DNA of 64,000 nt from Armatimonadota bacterium (lineage in GTDB: Bacteria; Armatimonadota; Fimbriimonadia; Fimbriimonadales; GBS-DC): the NCBI GenBank assembly GCA_037445735.1, contig JBBIJY010000001.1, forward strand, positions 96,001 to 160,000. The letters run 5' to 3'. The notes below the pieces were generated by a model. That model made no database searches, was not told the origin of the DNA, and was given only the letters and a program-made list of their open reading frames with translations. The translations under genes were made by a program, and so were the position numbers. Shown here one piece after another: positions 32,977 to 44,018 of the stretch. The number at the start of each line of letters is the position of its first letter. Position 1 is the first letter of the stretch.

Positions 32977-34046
32977 CCGAAGGCGCGAGTTTCCGTAACA
33001 GGCGGCTCCTTACCTGCCAGCAGGGCATCCAGCGCCGCCTGCAGGTCACGCTGGGTCACACGCTCAGGGTTCTGGCTGTTATCGATGCGACCACGATAGC
33101 GCAGCACAAAGTTCGAATCCAGCACATAGACCTCGGGCGTCACCTGTGCCTGATAGAGATCGGCGACGCGGTTGCCCTCGTCTTTCAGCACGGGGAACGG
33201 GAAGCCATTCTTCCTGGCATGATCGATCACCTCGTCGGTTGGCTCGATGCTGTTGGAGTTGATGCCCAGAAACTGAACACCTTTCGGCGTGTAGGTCTTC
33301 GCCAGTTTGACCATACGGGCGTTGTAGTTGTTGGAGATCGGGCAGCGCGTGGCGATGAAGATAATCACGATGAGCTTTTTATCGCGGATGTCGTACAGGT
33401 GCACTGTGCGCTCGGAGTCCTTGGTCGCCATCACATTGGGCAGGGTGAAATCGGGCGCCTTCTTGCCAATCGCAATCGTGGGGGGTTCATCATCAGCGCC
33501 GCTGCCGCTGGATGCACTCTTGAGGCTCCGGAAGAAGGCGAGCAGCTCCTCACCGTGATTGCTGGTGCCCGCTTTCTCGAACACCTTCACGATTTTGCCA
33601 TCAGGTCCGACGATGAAGGTGGTTCGGCTGGCGAAGTTAGCGTTGGTCAGCACGCCGTAGGCGCGGGACACCTCGCCCTTCTCATCGGCGAGCAGAGTCT
33701 GTTTGAGCTTATATTCGGAGGCGAACTTCGCCTGCGTGTCGACGCTATCGACGCTGATGCCCAGCACGACCGCATACTGGCTGAGCTGGTCATAGGCATC
33801 GCGCACCGCGCAGTTTTGCGCCGTGCAACCAGGAGTAAACGACTTCGGGTAGAACATCAGCACCACATATTTGCCGCGATAGTCGCTGAGGCGGTGCTGT
33901 TTGCCGTTAGCGTCGGTCAACACAAAATCGGGCGCGAGCGTGCCCTCTTTGAGTGGGGTTGAGGAGAACATCACTGTCCAGACGCTCCACAGCAGCACTC
34001 CGATCACGAACGGAACAACCCACCAGAAACGGCTCCGTCTTTGCAT
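32949..34046 (-). CDS. Membrane-anchored tandem redoxin (BCP peroxiredoxin plus AhpC/TSA-like domain)
   Basis: N-terminal TM; FYPKSFTPGCTAQNC; second domain TRCP..TPEVY..YRGRID..GCTIK. Confidence 0.8.
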   Translation of the reverse strand: MQRRSRFWWVVPFVIGVLLWSVWTVMFSSTPLKEGTLAPDFVLTDANGKQHRLSDYRGKYVVLMFYPKSFTPGCTAQNCAVRDAYDQLSQYAVVLGISVDSVDTQAKFASEYKLKQTLLADEKGEVSRAYGVLTNANFASRTTFIVGPDGKIVKVFEKAGTSNHGEELLAFFRSLKSASSGSGADDEPPTIAIGKKAPDFTLPNVMATKDSERTVHLYDIRDKKLIVIIFIATRCPISNNYNARMVKLAKTYTPKGVQFLGINSNSIEPTDEVIDHARKNGFPFPVLKDEGNRVADLYQAQVTPEVYVLDSNFVLRYRGRIDNSQNPERVTQRDLQAALDALLAGKEPPVTETRAFGCTIKRVPK

Positions 34047-34116
34047 CGTTTTTAACCTCCCTGCGTAGCATGGACGACGAATCGTCGCCCTGGTTCCCCC
34101 AGTATACCCGCTCGAT

Positions 34117-35634
34117 TCAGCGATTTGCCCTGCGCTCCACCTTGAGGAGCCGCACGAAGTCCGATTCAAACAGCGTTCGGACAGTCGGTGGCATCCGCGC
34201 GCTCAGCCAGTCTTTGTAAGGGTAGCTGGGGTCGATAATCAGATAGTCGGCTTTATTCAGGTCGAGGTCGTCGATGTTTTTGAGTTTCGACTCTGGCTCG
34301 ACAGAGTGCATCACCCGTCGAGTGGTGTAGTAGGCGAGCAGGGTTCGGTAGATGCTGGTGGGCACGAGATCAGTGCGGTTGGCGTTCAGCACAGCAGCGG
34401 TGTAGGTCCAGCGGGTCGGTGCACCTGGAAACACATAGCAAACGGCGCGTTGGGGTAAGCCCTGCAGCAGGTTCTGCACAGCTATCTGCTCCCGATTCGG
34501 CAGGTAAACGGGTAGAAAGCACTGCCAGCCGTACGGTCGGCTGGCTCGACAGGCTCTGTAGCCCCAGTACAGGGGCTGGATAAGCAGAGCACTGGTGAGC
34601 GTGGCAGCTGCCAGCCATCGGCTTCGGCGAGCCATCCACGCCAGCCCGCCCCCCGCAAACGCCAACAGCGGAACGATCAGCGGCACAAAGAAGCGCGGGT
34701 AGGGATCTATCGGACCGAAAAGCACCGAATAGCTGAGTGCCAGTCCCAGCGGCAGCAATAGCCACGCGATAATCGCTCTGACTCGCCTGTCCGCCACACC
34801 GATGCCCGCAACCACCATCAGGAACGCGAACAGGGAAGGCGTGAACAGTAGCTCGCGCATGGCGGCTATCCTGTCCGTCAGGCTGTACTCGATGCCTGCC
34901 AGCTGACGCACAATCAGCGCGTTCTCCGACGCGGCGCGTGCATCCGCCAGCACATCCCCGCGCAACCAGTAGTTCTCCAGCGCGATATAAAGCATCCCGA
35001 GACAGCCCGCAACCAGATAGATTTTGCTATGAGAGACCGATTTTCTGACAAGCAGATAGAGCGCGCTCCCGATAAAGATCAGGCGAGCCTCGATACGGGT
35101 CAGCATCAGCAGCAGCATAAGCAGCGCGAGCAGGATATTATCGGCGAGCGCCCATTTGCCTTCTGATTCGCTCGTGACAAATGCCAGAACGAACGCGCTG
35201 ATGAGCAGAATATAGAACGGCTCTATCAGGTTGGTGCTGGTGAAGGCAATATGCGTCCAGAAGGTGGCAGCCATCAGCATCGAGCAGGTAGCGGCGAGGC
35301 GATCAGGTGTTATCTGCATGGCGAGATAATAGATAATCGGCAATGTGATCAGGCTGAACAGGTAGTTCAGCGCGTGAGCGCACCCGATGGGGTTCAGCCC
35401 CCAGCGGATGAGTAGACCCTCAATGTAAATCAGCAGGGGCGGCCACTGACCGCTCAGCCCCCACCACTGCGGCTGGAATGCCCACTCGACCGCCAGATAG
35501 AGCCGCCGTGCGCCATCACCCGACGGCAACGGAAAAAAGAGCGGTATCAGGCGCAGGAGCGCACCTGCAGTGAACACAAGCCAGAAGAGCCTGCCCGAAC
35601 CGATTCGAGCAGAACCGCTCTCAATGGATGCCAT
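34117..35634 (-). CDS. Polytopic membrane protein, probable GT-C (ArnT/PMT-like) glycosyltransferase
   Basis: About 11 TM; early loop GD..R..WPPL; SD ggaggg. Confidence 0.6.
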   Translation of the reverse strand: MASIESGSARIGSGRLFWLVFTAGALLRLIPLFFPLPSGDGARRLYLAVEWAFQPQWWGLSGQWPPLLIYIEGLLIRWGLNPIGCAHALNYLFSLITLPIIYYLAMQITPDRLAATCSMLMAATFWTHIAFTSTNLIEPFYILLISAFVLAFVTSESEGKWALADNILLALLMLLLMLTRIEARLIFIGSALYLLVRKSVSHSKIYLVAGCLGMLYIALENYWLRGDVLADARAASENALIVRQLAGIEYSLTDRIAAMRELLFTPSLFAFLMVVAGIGVADRRVRAIIAWLLLPLGLALSYSVLFGPIDPYPRFFVPLIVPLLAFAGGGLAWMARRSRWLAAATLTSALLIQPLYWGYRACRASRPYGWQCFLPVYLPNREQIAVQNLLQGLPQRAVCYVFPGAPTRWTYTAAVLNANRTDLVPTSIYRTLLAYYTTRRVMHSVEPESKLKNIDDLDLNKADYLIIDPSYPYKDWLSARMPPTVRTLFESDFVRLLKVERRANR

Positions 35635-35692
35635 CGATGCCCTCCAGCATGGAGTGAATATACCTGCTACGGTGTCAGGTATCCTCATAGCG

Positions 35693-36820
35693 ATGGACGC
35701 GCTCGGTCTCTATGTGCATATCCCGTTCTGCCACCATAAGTGCGGGTACTGCGATTTCAACTCCTATGCGGGGCTGGGGGAGCTGGCGCCCGCCTTTGTG
35801 GACGCGCTGCTTCTGGAGATCGAGCGCTGCCCTTACGCAGGCGCGCGAGCCAGCACGGTCTTCTTCGGCGGCGGCACGCCCACCTTTCTGGACGGCGCCA
35901 CCCTCGCCCGCATTCTGGAGCATCTGCATCACCGATTCAACATCGACCCCGACGCCGAAATCACCGTCGAGGCGAACCCCGGCAGCGTCGATCGGGTGCA
36001 GCTGCAGATTCTGCGGCGGGCAGGCTTCAATCGGCTCAGCTTCGGCGTGCAGTCGTTCGATGAAGCCGAGCTGAAGCGCATGGAGCGCATTCACAGCCCG
36101 CAAGAAGTGTGCGAGAGCTATGAGTGGGCGCGTGAAGCAGGCTTCGAAAACATCAATCTGGATTTGATCTTCGCCCTGCCTGACCAGACGCTGGAGCGAT
36201 GGGAGTCGAACCTCCAGCAGGCGATTGCCCTGCGCCCCGAACATCTATCGCTGTACGCGCTGATGCTGGAGCCAAACACCCGCTTCTACCACCTCTATCA
36301 AAAGGGGCAGCTGAGCCTGCCCGATGAGGAGGTGCAGGTGGCGATGTATCGGCTGGCGCAACGCCTCACGCGCGAGGCGGGCTATCGCCAGTATGAGATA
36401 TCCAACTACGCCCTGCCCGGCTATGAGTGTCGCCATAACCTGATTTACTGGCACAATTTATCGTATCTGGGCTTTGGCCCGGGCGCTGTGTCGTACTATG
36501 AGGGTCGCCGCTGGATGAATATCAAGCATCCGCGCGAATATGTGCGGCGCGTGCTGAATGGTGAGCCGCTGGAGGTGGAGAGCGAACAGCTCACAGGCTG
36601 GGATTCGGTCGCGGAGACGCTCATGCTGGGCTTGCGCATGGTGGAGGGTATCGATCTGGCGTGGTTAGAGGCGCGTTATGGTTTGCCCGTGCGGGCGCAT
36701 TATCGCCCTGTGCTGGAGCGGCTGACACGGCGGGGCTGGCTGATTCAGGATGGCTCGTGCATTCGCCTCACCGACGAGGGTCTACTCTGGCATAGCGAGG
36801 TCGCCCTGGCGTTTTTGTAG
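35693..36820 (+). CDS. hemW: Radical SAM heme chaperone (HemN-like)
   Basis: LYVHIPFC..KCGYCDF, FGGGTP, EANP, YEISN, HN..YW. Confidence 0.9.
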   Translation: MDALGLYVHIPFCHHKCGYCDFNSYAGLGELAPAFVDALLLEIERCPYAGARASTVFFGGGTPTFLDGATLARILEHLHHRFNIDPDAEITVEANPGSVDRVQLQILRRAGFNRLSFGVQSFDEAELKRMERIHSPQEVCESYEWAREAGFENINLDLIFALPDQTLERWESNLQQAIALRPEHLSLYALMLEPNTRFYHLYQKGQLSLPDEEVQVAMYRLAQRLTREAGYRQYEISNYALPGYECRHNLIYWHNLSYLGFGPGAVSYYEGRRWMNIKHPREYVRRVLNGEPLEVESEQLTGWDSVAETLMLGLRMVEGIDLAWLEARYGLPVRAHYRPVLERLTRRGWLIQDGSCIRLTDEGLLWHSEVALAFL

Positions 36821-36825
36821 CGCGA

Positions 36826-37416
36826 TCAGCTTTGCCGACTGAGCGTGATGGTGCGACTTTCATCAGGTTGGGGCTGGATGGTGATATGCCAGTGGTGGCG
36901 GGGTGTGTAGTCGAAGCCGAGCGCGGGCAGGGTTTCGCCCCACTCGATGAGGGTGATACCGCCGCGCTCCAGCAGTTCGTCCAGCCCCAGCGTGTGCAGT
37001 TGCGCCGCGCTCTCGATGCGATAAAGGTCGAGGTGGAACAGGGGCAATCCCGCGAGCGCGGGCGGCTGGCGAATGGTGTATTCGTTCACGAGGGTGAAGG
37101 TGGGGCTGCGAATCGGCTCGGTGATGCCGAGCGCGCGGCACAGCCCACGAATGAGCGTGGTCTTGCCTGCGCCCAGTGCGCCGCTCACTGAGATCAGCGT
37201 GTCGGGACGGAGCAGGCGGGCAATCTCCGCGCCCACCGCTTCGGTCTGTTCAGGGGAGCGCGTGTGCCAGCCGGTTGCCCCCTCACCCGTACCCTCTCCC
37301 CCGCTGGGGGAGAGGGGTTTGGATTCTCCCTCGCCCCCGCTGAGGGAGAGGGGTTTGGATTCTCCCTTGCCCCCGCTGGGGGAGAGGGGTTTTGAGCTAT
37401 TCGGCTTCCGACTCAT
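36826..37416 (-). CDS. tsaE: t6A biosynthesis ATPase with a repeat-derived N-terminal extension
   Basis: GALGAGKT, SPTFTL, HLDLYR, IEW. Confidence 0.9.
   Translation of the reverse strand: MSRKPNSSKPLSPSGGKGESKPLSLSGGEGESKPLSPSGGEGTGEGATGWHTRSPEQTEAVGAEIARLLRPDTLISVSGALGAGKTTLIRGLCRALGITEPIRSPTFTLVNEYTIRQPPALAGLPLFHLDLYRIESAAQLHTLGLDELLERGGITLIEWGETLPALGFDYTPRHHWHITIQPQPDESRTITLSRQS
37278..37389. repeat. BoxC-like repeat amplified as three 36-bp tandem hairpin units at the tsaE 5' end
   Basis: Units at 37292, 37328, 37364: ccctctcccccgctgggggagaggggtttggattct. Confidence 0.92.
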
Positions 37417-37789
37417 AGCGTTCAAAGCGGATCAGAAACTGGTCGGGGTCGACAGGCAGGTTATGTTCCAGAATGAGCTGACGGATGCGCGCGTTCATCA
37501 GCTCGACCAGCTGCTCCATTTCCTGGTTCATGCGTTCCATGCGGTCTAACAGGCGCAGGATGACTTCGACGCCGGCGAGGTTGACGCCGAGATGCTGGGT
37601 GAGGTGCTGGATGCGGCGCAGGCGGGCGATGTCGGCTTCCGAGTAGAGGCGTTTGCTGTTGCCGACACGGTGAGGCTGGATCAGCCCCAGTCGCTCGTAG
37701 AGGCGCAGGGTTTGCGGGTGCAGTCCGCACATGCGCGCCGCGACGCCAATCAGATACACAGGCTCATCCGAGAGGGGTGGTTTTCTCAT
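37397..37789 (-). CDS. hspR: MerR-family heat-shock repressor
   Basis: [28 protein letters not shown]; downstream of dnaK-dnaJ. Confidence 0.85.
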   Translation of the reverse strand: MRKPPLSDEPVYLIGVAARMCGLHPQTLRLYERLGLIQPHRVGNSKRLYSEADIARLRRIQHLTQHLGVNLAGVEVILRLLDRMERMNQEMEQLVELMNARIRQLILEHNLPVDPDQFLIRFERYESEAE

Positions 37790-38862
37790 GAGCGTCTCAC
37801 CTCCGAGCGCAGGTTTCGAATCTGCTCCAGCAGTTCGCGTTCGCGCGGGCTGAGGTGCCTGGGCACCGTGATGCGGACACGGGCATAGAGGTCGCCGCGC
37901 TGACCACCTGCGACCGGGATGCCCTTGCCTGCCAGTCGGAAGCGGGTGCCGCTCTGGGTACCGGGCGGGATTTTCATTGTGACGGTGCCGGTGGGCGTGG
38001 GCACGCTCACCTCGCCGCCGAGCGCGGCAGTGAGATAGTCCACATCGACTTCGGTGTAGAGGTCGTTGCCCTGCCGTTCGAAGCGCGGGTCGGGCGCGAT
38101 TTTGATGCGCAGGTAGAGGTCGCCACGCTGTCCATCGCTGCCGGGGGCGCCTTCACCCTGCAGGCGCAACCGTTGCCCTTCGGCGACGCCCGGCGGCACC
38201 GTGACGGTCAGCTGGCGCGTGCGCTGGACGATGCCTCTGCCGCGGCACTGACCGCAGGGTGCACCGATGCGCCCGGTGCCGTTGCACTCATCGCAGGGCA
38301 TCTCCACGCCGAGCAGGCTGAACCGTCGGCGTCCGCGCCCACCGCAGGCGGGGCAGCTCTGGCGATGCTCTGCGCTCTCGCCCGTGCCACCACAGCGCGA
38401 GCAAAGCTCTTCTGTGTTCAGACGAATGGTGCGGGTTGTGCCCCGAATGGCTTCGTCGAGGCTGATTTCGAGCGTGTGTTCGATGTCGCGGGGAGCGGTG
38501 CGCACGCCGAAGGTGGCGCCGCCACCACCGCGTAGCAGCTGTTCGATGAACTCGGCGAAGCTGGTGAAGGGCATCTCGGTGCCCCAGGGCGCGCCGTCGA
38601 AGCCCTCGCCGTACTGCTCGCGCATGCGCTGATAGGCTTGCCACTGCTCGCCATAGCGGTCGTAGGCGGCGCGCTTTTCAGGGTCGGACAGCACCTGATA
38701 GGCTTCGTTGATCTCCTTGAACTTCTCTTCGGCTTCTTTGTCGCCGGGGTTGACATCGGGGTGATACTGGCGTGCGAGTCGGCGATACGCCGCCTTGATC
38801 TCCTTCTCGGTGGCGTTGCGCGGCACCCCAAGAATCGCATAATAATCTTTGAACCCTCGCAT
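37786..38862 (-). CDS. dnaJ: Chaperone DnaJ
   Basis: J-domain HPD; four CxxCxGxG repeats. Confidence 0.92.
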   Translation of the reverse strand: MRGFKDYYAILGVPRNATEKEIKAAYRRLARQYHPDVNPGDKEAEEKFKEINEAYQVLSDPEKRAAYDRYGEQWQAYQRMREQYGEGFDGAPWGTEMPFTSFAEFIEQLLRGGGGATFGVRTAPRDIEHTLEISLDEAIRGTTRTIRLNTEELCSRCGGTGESAEHRQSCPACGGRGRRRFSLLGVEMPCDECNGTGRIGAPCGQCRGRGIVQRTRQLTVTVPPGVAEGQRLRLQGEGAPGSDGQRGDLYLRIKIAPDPRFERQGNDLYTEVDVDYLTAALGGEVSVPTPTGTVTMKIPPGTQSGTRFRLAGKGIPVAGGQRGDLYARVRITVPRHLSPRERELLEQIRNLRSEVRRS

Positions 38863-38893
38863 CGCTCGTTCACCCCGATACGGGCTGCTGTGG

Positions 38894-38935
38894 CCCCCTC
38901 ACCCCTGTACCCTCTCCCCCGCGCGGGGGAGAGGG
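38894..38935. repeat. BoxC-like single-hairpin repeat, dnaK-dnaJ intergenic
   Basis: ccccctcacccc-tgta-ccctctccccc-gcgc-gggggagaggg. Confidence 0.9.
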
Positions 38936-38941
38936 TCGCTT

Positions 38942-40840
38942 TTACGACTCGCGATACTCGGCGTCGATCACATCATCGCCGCTGGAGCGGGTGCTCCCGT
39001 CGGTGCTGCTGCCTGTGCCGCCCGACGGCTCCGCCGCGACGCGCTGATACATCTGCTCGGTGATTCGGTAGCTGAGCTGTTCCAGCTCGCTCATCAGCGA
39101 CTGCACGCGCTCGTGGTCCTGCGTCTGAATGGCGCTGCGCAGGTCGCGGATAAGCGTTTCGGCGCGTTCGCGGTCGCCCGCTGCGACCTTATCGCCGTGC
39201 TCGCGCAGGAGGCGCTCCACATCGTAGGTGAGTCGGTCAGCGCGGTTGAGCAGTTCGGCGCGTTCGCGCGCCTGGCGGTCGCGCTCGGCGTTCGCCTCCG
39301 CCTCTTTGATCATCCGCTCCACCTCCTCGCGCGAGAGGTTGGTGGAACCTGTGATGCGGATGCTCTGCTGGCGCCCCGTGCCGAGGTCCTTGGCGGTGAC
39401 ATTCAGGATGCCGTTGGCGTCGATGTCGAAGGTGACCTCGATCTGGGGCACGCCTGCAGGCGCAGGCGGGATGCCGTCCAGATGGAACACGCCGAGCAGG
39501 CGGTTATCGCGCGCCATCGGTCGCTCGCCCTGATAGACGCGCACCTCCACGCTGGTCTGCCCGTCGGCAGCAGTGGTGAAGATTTCCGACTTGCGCGTCG
39601 GGATGGTGGTGTTGCGGGGCACCAGCACGGTGAAGATGCCGCCTTTGGTCTCGATACCGAGCGAGAGGGGCGTTACATCCAGCAGCACGATATCTTTCAC
39701 CTCGCCCGACAGCACGCCCGCCTGAATCGCGGCGCCAATAGCGACCACCTCGTCGGGGTTCACGCCCTTGTGCGGCTCCTTGCCTGTGATCTGGCGCACC
39801 ATCTCCTGCACTCTGGGGATGCGCGTGGAGCCGCCCACCAGGATCACCTCGTCCACATCGGTCGGCTTCAGCCCCGCGTCCTCCAGCGCACGGAACATCG
39901 GACCCTTGAGGCGTTCAAACAGGTCGGCGCACAGCTCCTCGAACTTGGCGCGGGTGAGCGTCATATCGAGATGCTTCGGACCGCTGGCGTCCGCCGTGAT
40001 GAACGGCAGGTTAATCGTGGTGGTGGTGACGCTGGAGAGCTCGATTTTGGCGCGTTCGGCGGCTTCCTTGAGGCGCTGCAGCGCTTGCCGATCCTGGCGC
40101 AGGTCGATCCCATGCTCGCGCTTGAACTCATCGGCAAGGTAATCGACGATGCGCTGGTCGAAGTCGTCGCCACCGAGGTGGGTGTCGCCCGCCGTTGCTT
40201 TCACCTCGAACACGCCGTCGCCGACCTCCAGAATCGACACATCGAAGGTGCCGCCGCCCAGATCGAACACCAGAATGGTCTCGTTGCTCTTTTTATCGAG
40301 TCCGTAGGCGAGCGCGGCGGCGGTCGGCTCGTTGATGATGCGCAGCACTTTCAGCCCCGCGATTTCGCCCGCGTTCTTGGTGGCGGTGCGCTGGGCGTCG
40401 TTGAAGTAGGCGGGCACGGTAATGACCGCTGCCGTCACTGGCTCGCCCAGATAGGCTTCGGCGTCCGCCTTGAGCTTTTGCAAAATCATCGCCGAAATCT
40501 CTTCGGGGCGATAGGTTTTGTCCACCGCGGGGATGTAGACCGCCGCATCACCTTTGGAATCGGCGACCACCTTGTAGGGCACGCGCTTGCGCTCCTCCTC
40601 CACCTCGTCATAGCGCCGCCCCATAAAGCGCTTGATAGAGAAGATGGTATTTTCGGGGTTGACGATTGCCTGGCGCTTGGCAGGTGCGCCGATGAGTCGT
40701 TCACCCGTTTTGGTGAAGCCGACAACCGAGGGGCAGAGCCGTCCGCCCTCCGCCGTCGGAATGACCACCGGCTCGCCACCTTCCAGCACGGCAACCACCG
40801 AGTTCGTTGTGCCCAGATCAATACCCACAACTTTTGCCAT
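38942..40840 (-). CDS. dnaK: Chaperone DnaK
   Basis: [25 protein letters not shown] ggaggg. Confidence 0.97.
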   Translation of the reverse strand: MAKVVGIDLGTTNSVVAVLEGGEPVVIPTAEGGRLCPSVVGFTKTGERLIGAPAKRQAIVNPENTIFSIKRFMGRRYDEVEEERKRVPYKVVADSKGDAAVYIPAVDKTYRPEEISAMILQKLKADAEAYLGEPVTAAVITVPAYFNDAQRTATKNAGEIAGLKVLRIINEPTAAALAYGLDKKSNETILVFDLGGGTFDVSILEVGDGVFEVKATAGDTHLGGDDFDQRIVDYLADEFKREHGIDLRQDRQALQRLKEAAERAKIELSSVTTTTINLPFITADASGPKHLDMTLTRAKFEELCADLFERLKGPMFRALEDAGLKPTDVDEVILVGGSTRIPRVQEMVRQITGKEPHKGVNPDEVVAIGAAIQAGVLSGEVKDIVLLDVTPLSLGIETKGGIFTVLVPRNTTIPTRKSEIFTTAADGQTSVEVRVYQGERPMARDNRLLGVFHLDGIPPAPAGVPQIEVTFDIDANGILNVTAKDLGTGRQQSIRITGSTNLSREEVERMIKEAEANAERDRQARERAELLNRADRLTYDVERLLREHGDKVAAGDRERAETLIRDLRSAIQTQDHERVQSLMSELEQLSYRITEQMYQRVAAEPSGGTGSSTDGSTRSSGDDVIDAEYRES

Positions 40841-40906
40841 CGCTGTCTCCCTCCGTCTGTTATCTATTCTGGCTATACGGCAACTGCTGGTCAGCAGGTT
40901 CCCGTT

Positions 40907-40951
40907 TTTGAGTGGCTCCATTATACCTGACTTGAGGGCACTATTGTCAAG
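40907..40951 (-). promoter_or_regulatory. dnaK promoter with HAIR-like HspR operator
   Basis: TTGACA-19 bp-TATAAT; CTTGAGG-N7-TGTCAAG at 40931-40951; half site TTTGAGT at 40907-40913. Confidence 0.7.
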
Positions 40952-41000
40952 AGGAAAGGTGGGTGTTCGAAAATTCGCGGGCATCATATCCGTCTGTGTG

Positions 41001-41075
41001 AAGCCCCTCACCTGCACGCGGGGGCGAGGGGCTTCGTTTCTCCCTCTCCCCTCTGGGAGAGGGTCGGGTGAGGGG
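41001..41075. repeat. BoxC-like double-hairpin repeat, dnaK/pilB intergenic
   Basis: aagcccctc..gaggggctt; ccctctccc-ctct-gggagaggg-tc-gggtgagggg. Confidence 0.85.
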
Positions 41076-41094
41076 TTGAGCTGGCGGAGTGGCT

Positions 41095-41127
41095 GGGCTA
41101 CTCTTTGGTGCGCGCGTTGCCGATAAT
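41095..41127 (+). promoter_or_regulatory. Sigma28-like bipartite promoter GGGCTACTC-N12-GTTGCCGATAAT
   Basis: Ends 8 nt before the pilB ATG; matches 12714-12746. Confidence 0.6.
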
Positions 41128-41135
41128 CTTTGCCG

Positions 41136-42800
41136 ATGGTTCGGCGATTCACCGATGTGCTGATCGAGGAGGGCATTCTGGACGCGCAACGGCTGGGCGA
41201 GCTGATAGCGTCCCGCACCGACCTGCAGGAGCCGATTGAAGATTATCTGGTGCGCATCGGCGCGATTGATGAGCGCACGCGCGCACGGGCGTTGAGCCTG
41301 ATGTACGGTGTGCCCCTGCTCGATTTCCAGACGCTCACTATTCAGCCCGAAGCAGTGGCGCTGGTGCCGCGCGAGGTCGCCCTGCGCTGCAAGGCGATGC
41401 CGATCGCCCTCAACGGCACGCAGCTGGTCGTCGCGATGGCGGACCCCGCCGATATTGTGGCGGTGGACGACCTGCGTGCCGCCACCGGGCGCGACATCAC
41501 GATTGCTGTCGCCTCCCGACCCCAGATTCAGGACGCGCTCATGCGCTACTACGGGCTGGACGAGGATGTGCGCAGCGTCGTGCAGCGCATCCGCACCGCC
41601 GAAGAAGAGGACATCTCTGTCATCCGTCTGGTGGAAGCCGTCATCAACCGTGCGATTGCCGACCGCGCCAGTGACCTGCACATCGAGCCGCTGGAGAACC
41701 ACACGCGCGTGCGCGAGCGAATCGATGGCGTGCTGCGCGAAACCTCCGAAATCCCCCAGGAGCTGCATGACGCCGTCGTCGCCCGAATCAAAATCATGTC
41801 GAATCTCGACATCGCTGAGAAGCGTGTGCCGCAGGATGGGCGCATCGCCTATCGCATCGGCGGGCAAGCCTACGACCTGCGCGTCTCCACCTACCCCTCC
41901 ATCTACGGCGAGAAAGTGGTGCTGCGTATCCTGGAGAAATCGACCGAGCGGTTCGATTTAGAGAAGCTGGGGCTCGATCCCCAGCAGAAAATACGCCTCA
42001 AACGCATCATCGAGCGTCCGTACGGCATGCTGATTGTGTGCGGTCCGACGGGTTCGGGCAAGACGACCACGCTCTATGCCGCGCTCAGCCATCTCAACAC
42101 GCCCGAACGCAACATCATCACGATTGAAGACCCGGTGGAATATCAGTTGCCGGGCATCGTGCAGGCGAACATTAACCCGCGTGCGGGGCTGACCTTCGCC
42201 ACCGGGTTGCGGGCGATCCTGCGTCAGGACCCCGATGTGGTGCTGGTGGGCGAGATTCGCGACCGGGAGACGGCGGTTATCGCGGTGGAAGCGGCGCTTA
42301 CAGGGCACATGGTGTTCTCCACGCTGCACGCGAACGAGGCGGCGGGCGCGCCAGGGCGACTGATCGAGATGGGGGTGGAACCGTTCCTGCTGGCGTCCGC
42401 GCTGGTGGGCGTGCTGTCGCAGCGACTGGTGCGCCTGCTCTGTTCCGAGTGCCGCGAGCCGACCGAACCCGATGCGGAGCTGCTGGCCCGCCTGCGCCTG
42501 ACGCCCGACATGCTGAAGGGCTGTACCGTGTACACCGCGCGCGGCTGCCATCGCTGCCAGTTCACCGGCTTTCGCGGGCGCAGCGCGATTATGGAGCTGA
42601 TGGAGGTGGACGACGCCATCCGGCACGGCATCATGCACCATCAGCCGTCAGCGACCCTGCGCGAGGCTGCCATCCGCAACGGCATGGTGCCCCTCTATCA
42701 GGACGCCCTCCGCCTGGTCAAAGCGGGGCGCACCAGCCTCGAAGAGGTGCTGCGCGTGGTCGCCAACGATATCGACGAACCCATACCCCAGGCGGCTTAG
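41136..42800 (+). CDS. pilB: Type IV pilus / T2SS assembly ATPase (PilB/GspE)
   Basis: [29 protein letters not shown], tetracysteine motif. Confidence 0.88.
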   Translation: MVRRFTDVLIEEGILDAQRLGELIASRTDLQEPIEDYLVRIGAIDERTRARALSLMYGVPLLDFQTLTIQPEAVALVPREVALRCKAMPIALNGTQLVVAMADPADIVAVDDLRAATGRDITIAVASRPQIQDALMRYYGLDEDVRSVVQRIRTAEEEDISVIRLVEAVINRAIADRASDLHIEPLENHTRVRERIDGVLRETSEIPQELHDAVVARIKIMSNLDIAEKRVPQDGRIAYRIGGQAYDLRVSTYPSIYGEKVVLRILEKSTERFDLEKLGLDPQQKIRLKRIIERPYGMLIVCGPTGSGKTTTLYAALSHLNTPERNIITIEDPVEYQLPGIVQANINPRAGLTFATGLRAILRQDPDVVLVGEIRDRETAVIAVEAALTGHMVFSTLHANEAAGAPGRLIEMGVEPFLLASALVGVLSQRLVRLLCSECREPTEPDAELLARLRLTPDMLKGCTVYTARGCHRCQFTGFRGRSAIMELMEVDDAIRHGIMHHQPSATLREAAIRNGMVPLYQDALRLVKAGRTSLEEVLRVVANDIDEPIPQAA

Positions 42801-42809
42801 CGAATCGCC

Positions 42810-44018
42810 ATGCCCATCTATGAGTGTCGTATTCGCACCAGGAGTGGGGAGCCGCGCCAGCTGACACTGGAGGCGCCCAGCCTGCAGGTGGCGGTCGAAC
42901 GCCTGCACCGCGAGGGGCATTTTGTGCTGGCGGTGCGCGAGCAGCAGCGTCCGACCGAGCGACGTGGGATCACCCTCTTCAAACGCGCACGGCTGGACGA
43001 GCTGGTCGCCTTCAGCCGCGAGTTCGCCGTGATGATCCGCGCGGGCGTGCCCATCATGGAAGCCCTGCAGACGCTGATTGAGCATATGAAGCCGGGCGTG
43101 CTGCGCGAGGCGCTCATGAAGGTGCGCGATGAGGTGGAAGGCGGCATCCCCCTCTCCGAATCGATGCGCCGCCAGCCGCACGCCTTCCCCGACCTGTATG
43201 TGAACCTGGTTCAATCAGCAGAGGTGAGCGGTAGCCTCGAAACGGTGCTGAAACGCGCCGCCGACTACCTGAGCAACGCGCTCGCGCTCCAGCGGCGCGT
43301 CAAGTCCGCCATGATCTACCCCGCAGTGGTGCTGACCGCCACGCTGTTCGTGATGGCATATATGGTGGTGTTCATCATGCCGAAGTTCTCCGAGATGTTT
43401 CGGCAGATGAATGTGAATTTGCCGCTCACGACGCAGGCGATGGTGTGGCTGGGCGATCTGGGTCAGCGGCACAAGTTGCTCGTGCTGGCATCGCCGATTT
43501 TCGTTCTGGGCGGGCTGTGGGGCGCGTGGCAGGTGCCACGCATCCGCGAGCCGCTCAGCTACTGGATTGCCCGCATGCCGCTCGTGGGCGACCTGACACG
43601 CAAAGTGGTGCTGACCCGCACGCTGGCGGCATTACAGACGCTGATCAGCACGGGCGTCGCGTTGCCCCGCGCACTGGAGCTGTCCGCCGCCACTTCCGGC
43701 GACCACCGCATGCGCCGCGCGTTAGCCACCGTGCGTGCCGAAGTGGAAGCGGGCATCCCGCTCGCCGTCGCCATGCGTGAGACGGGCGCGTTCCCCAACC
43801 TGGTCATCCAGCTGGTGGCAGCAGGCGAGAAGACAGGTGCACTCCCCGAAATGCTGGGCGAAATCGTCGAGTTCTACGACGACGAGGTACAGCAGAAACT
43901 GAAGGGGCTGACCTCCACGCTGGAACCGCTGCTGATGCTCTTTCTGGGGCTGATTATCGGCATCTTCGCCTTCTCGGTCATCTCACCCATCTACGACCTG
44001 ATGGACACCATCAAGTAG
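42810..44018 (+). CDS. pilC: Type IV pilus / T2SS platform protein (PilC/GspF)
   Basis: Two T2SSF domains, AMIYP, GEKTG, LEP. Confidence 0.88.
   Translation: MPIYECRIRTRSGEPRQLTLEAPSLQVAVERLHREGHFVLAVREQQRPTERRGITLFKRARLDELVAFSREFAVMIRAGVPIMEALQTLIEHMKPGVLREALMKVRDEVEGGIPLSESMRRQPHAFPDLYVNLVQSAEVSGSLETVLKRAADYLSNALALQRRVKSAMIYPAVVLTATLFVMAYMVVFIMPKFSEMFRQMNVNLPLTTQAMVWLGDLGQRHKLLVLASPIFVLGGLWGAWQVPRIREPLSYWIARMPLVGDLTRKVVLTRTLAALQTLISTGVALPRALELSAATSGDHRMRRALATVRAEVEAGIPLAVAMRETGAFPNLVIQLVAAGEKTGALPEMLGEIVEFYDDEVQQKLKGLTSTLEPLLMLFLGLIIGIFAFSVISPIYDLMDTIK

Noticed and set aside
37292-37399. 36-bp periodic repeat resembling a CRISPR array
   Set aside because: The units are tandem with no unique spacers, lie in frame in tsaE, and no cas genes are present.
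38849-40930. 693-aa ORF antisense to dnaK
   Set aside because: Well-known open antisense frame of GC-rich dnaK genes; no independent evidence of expression.
40841-41218. 125-aa N-terminal extension of DnaK in the ORF track
   Set aside because: It spans the promoter, the repeat and the pilB start; the true start is MAKVVG at 40840 with an SD.
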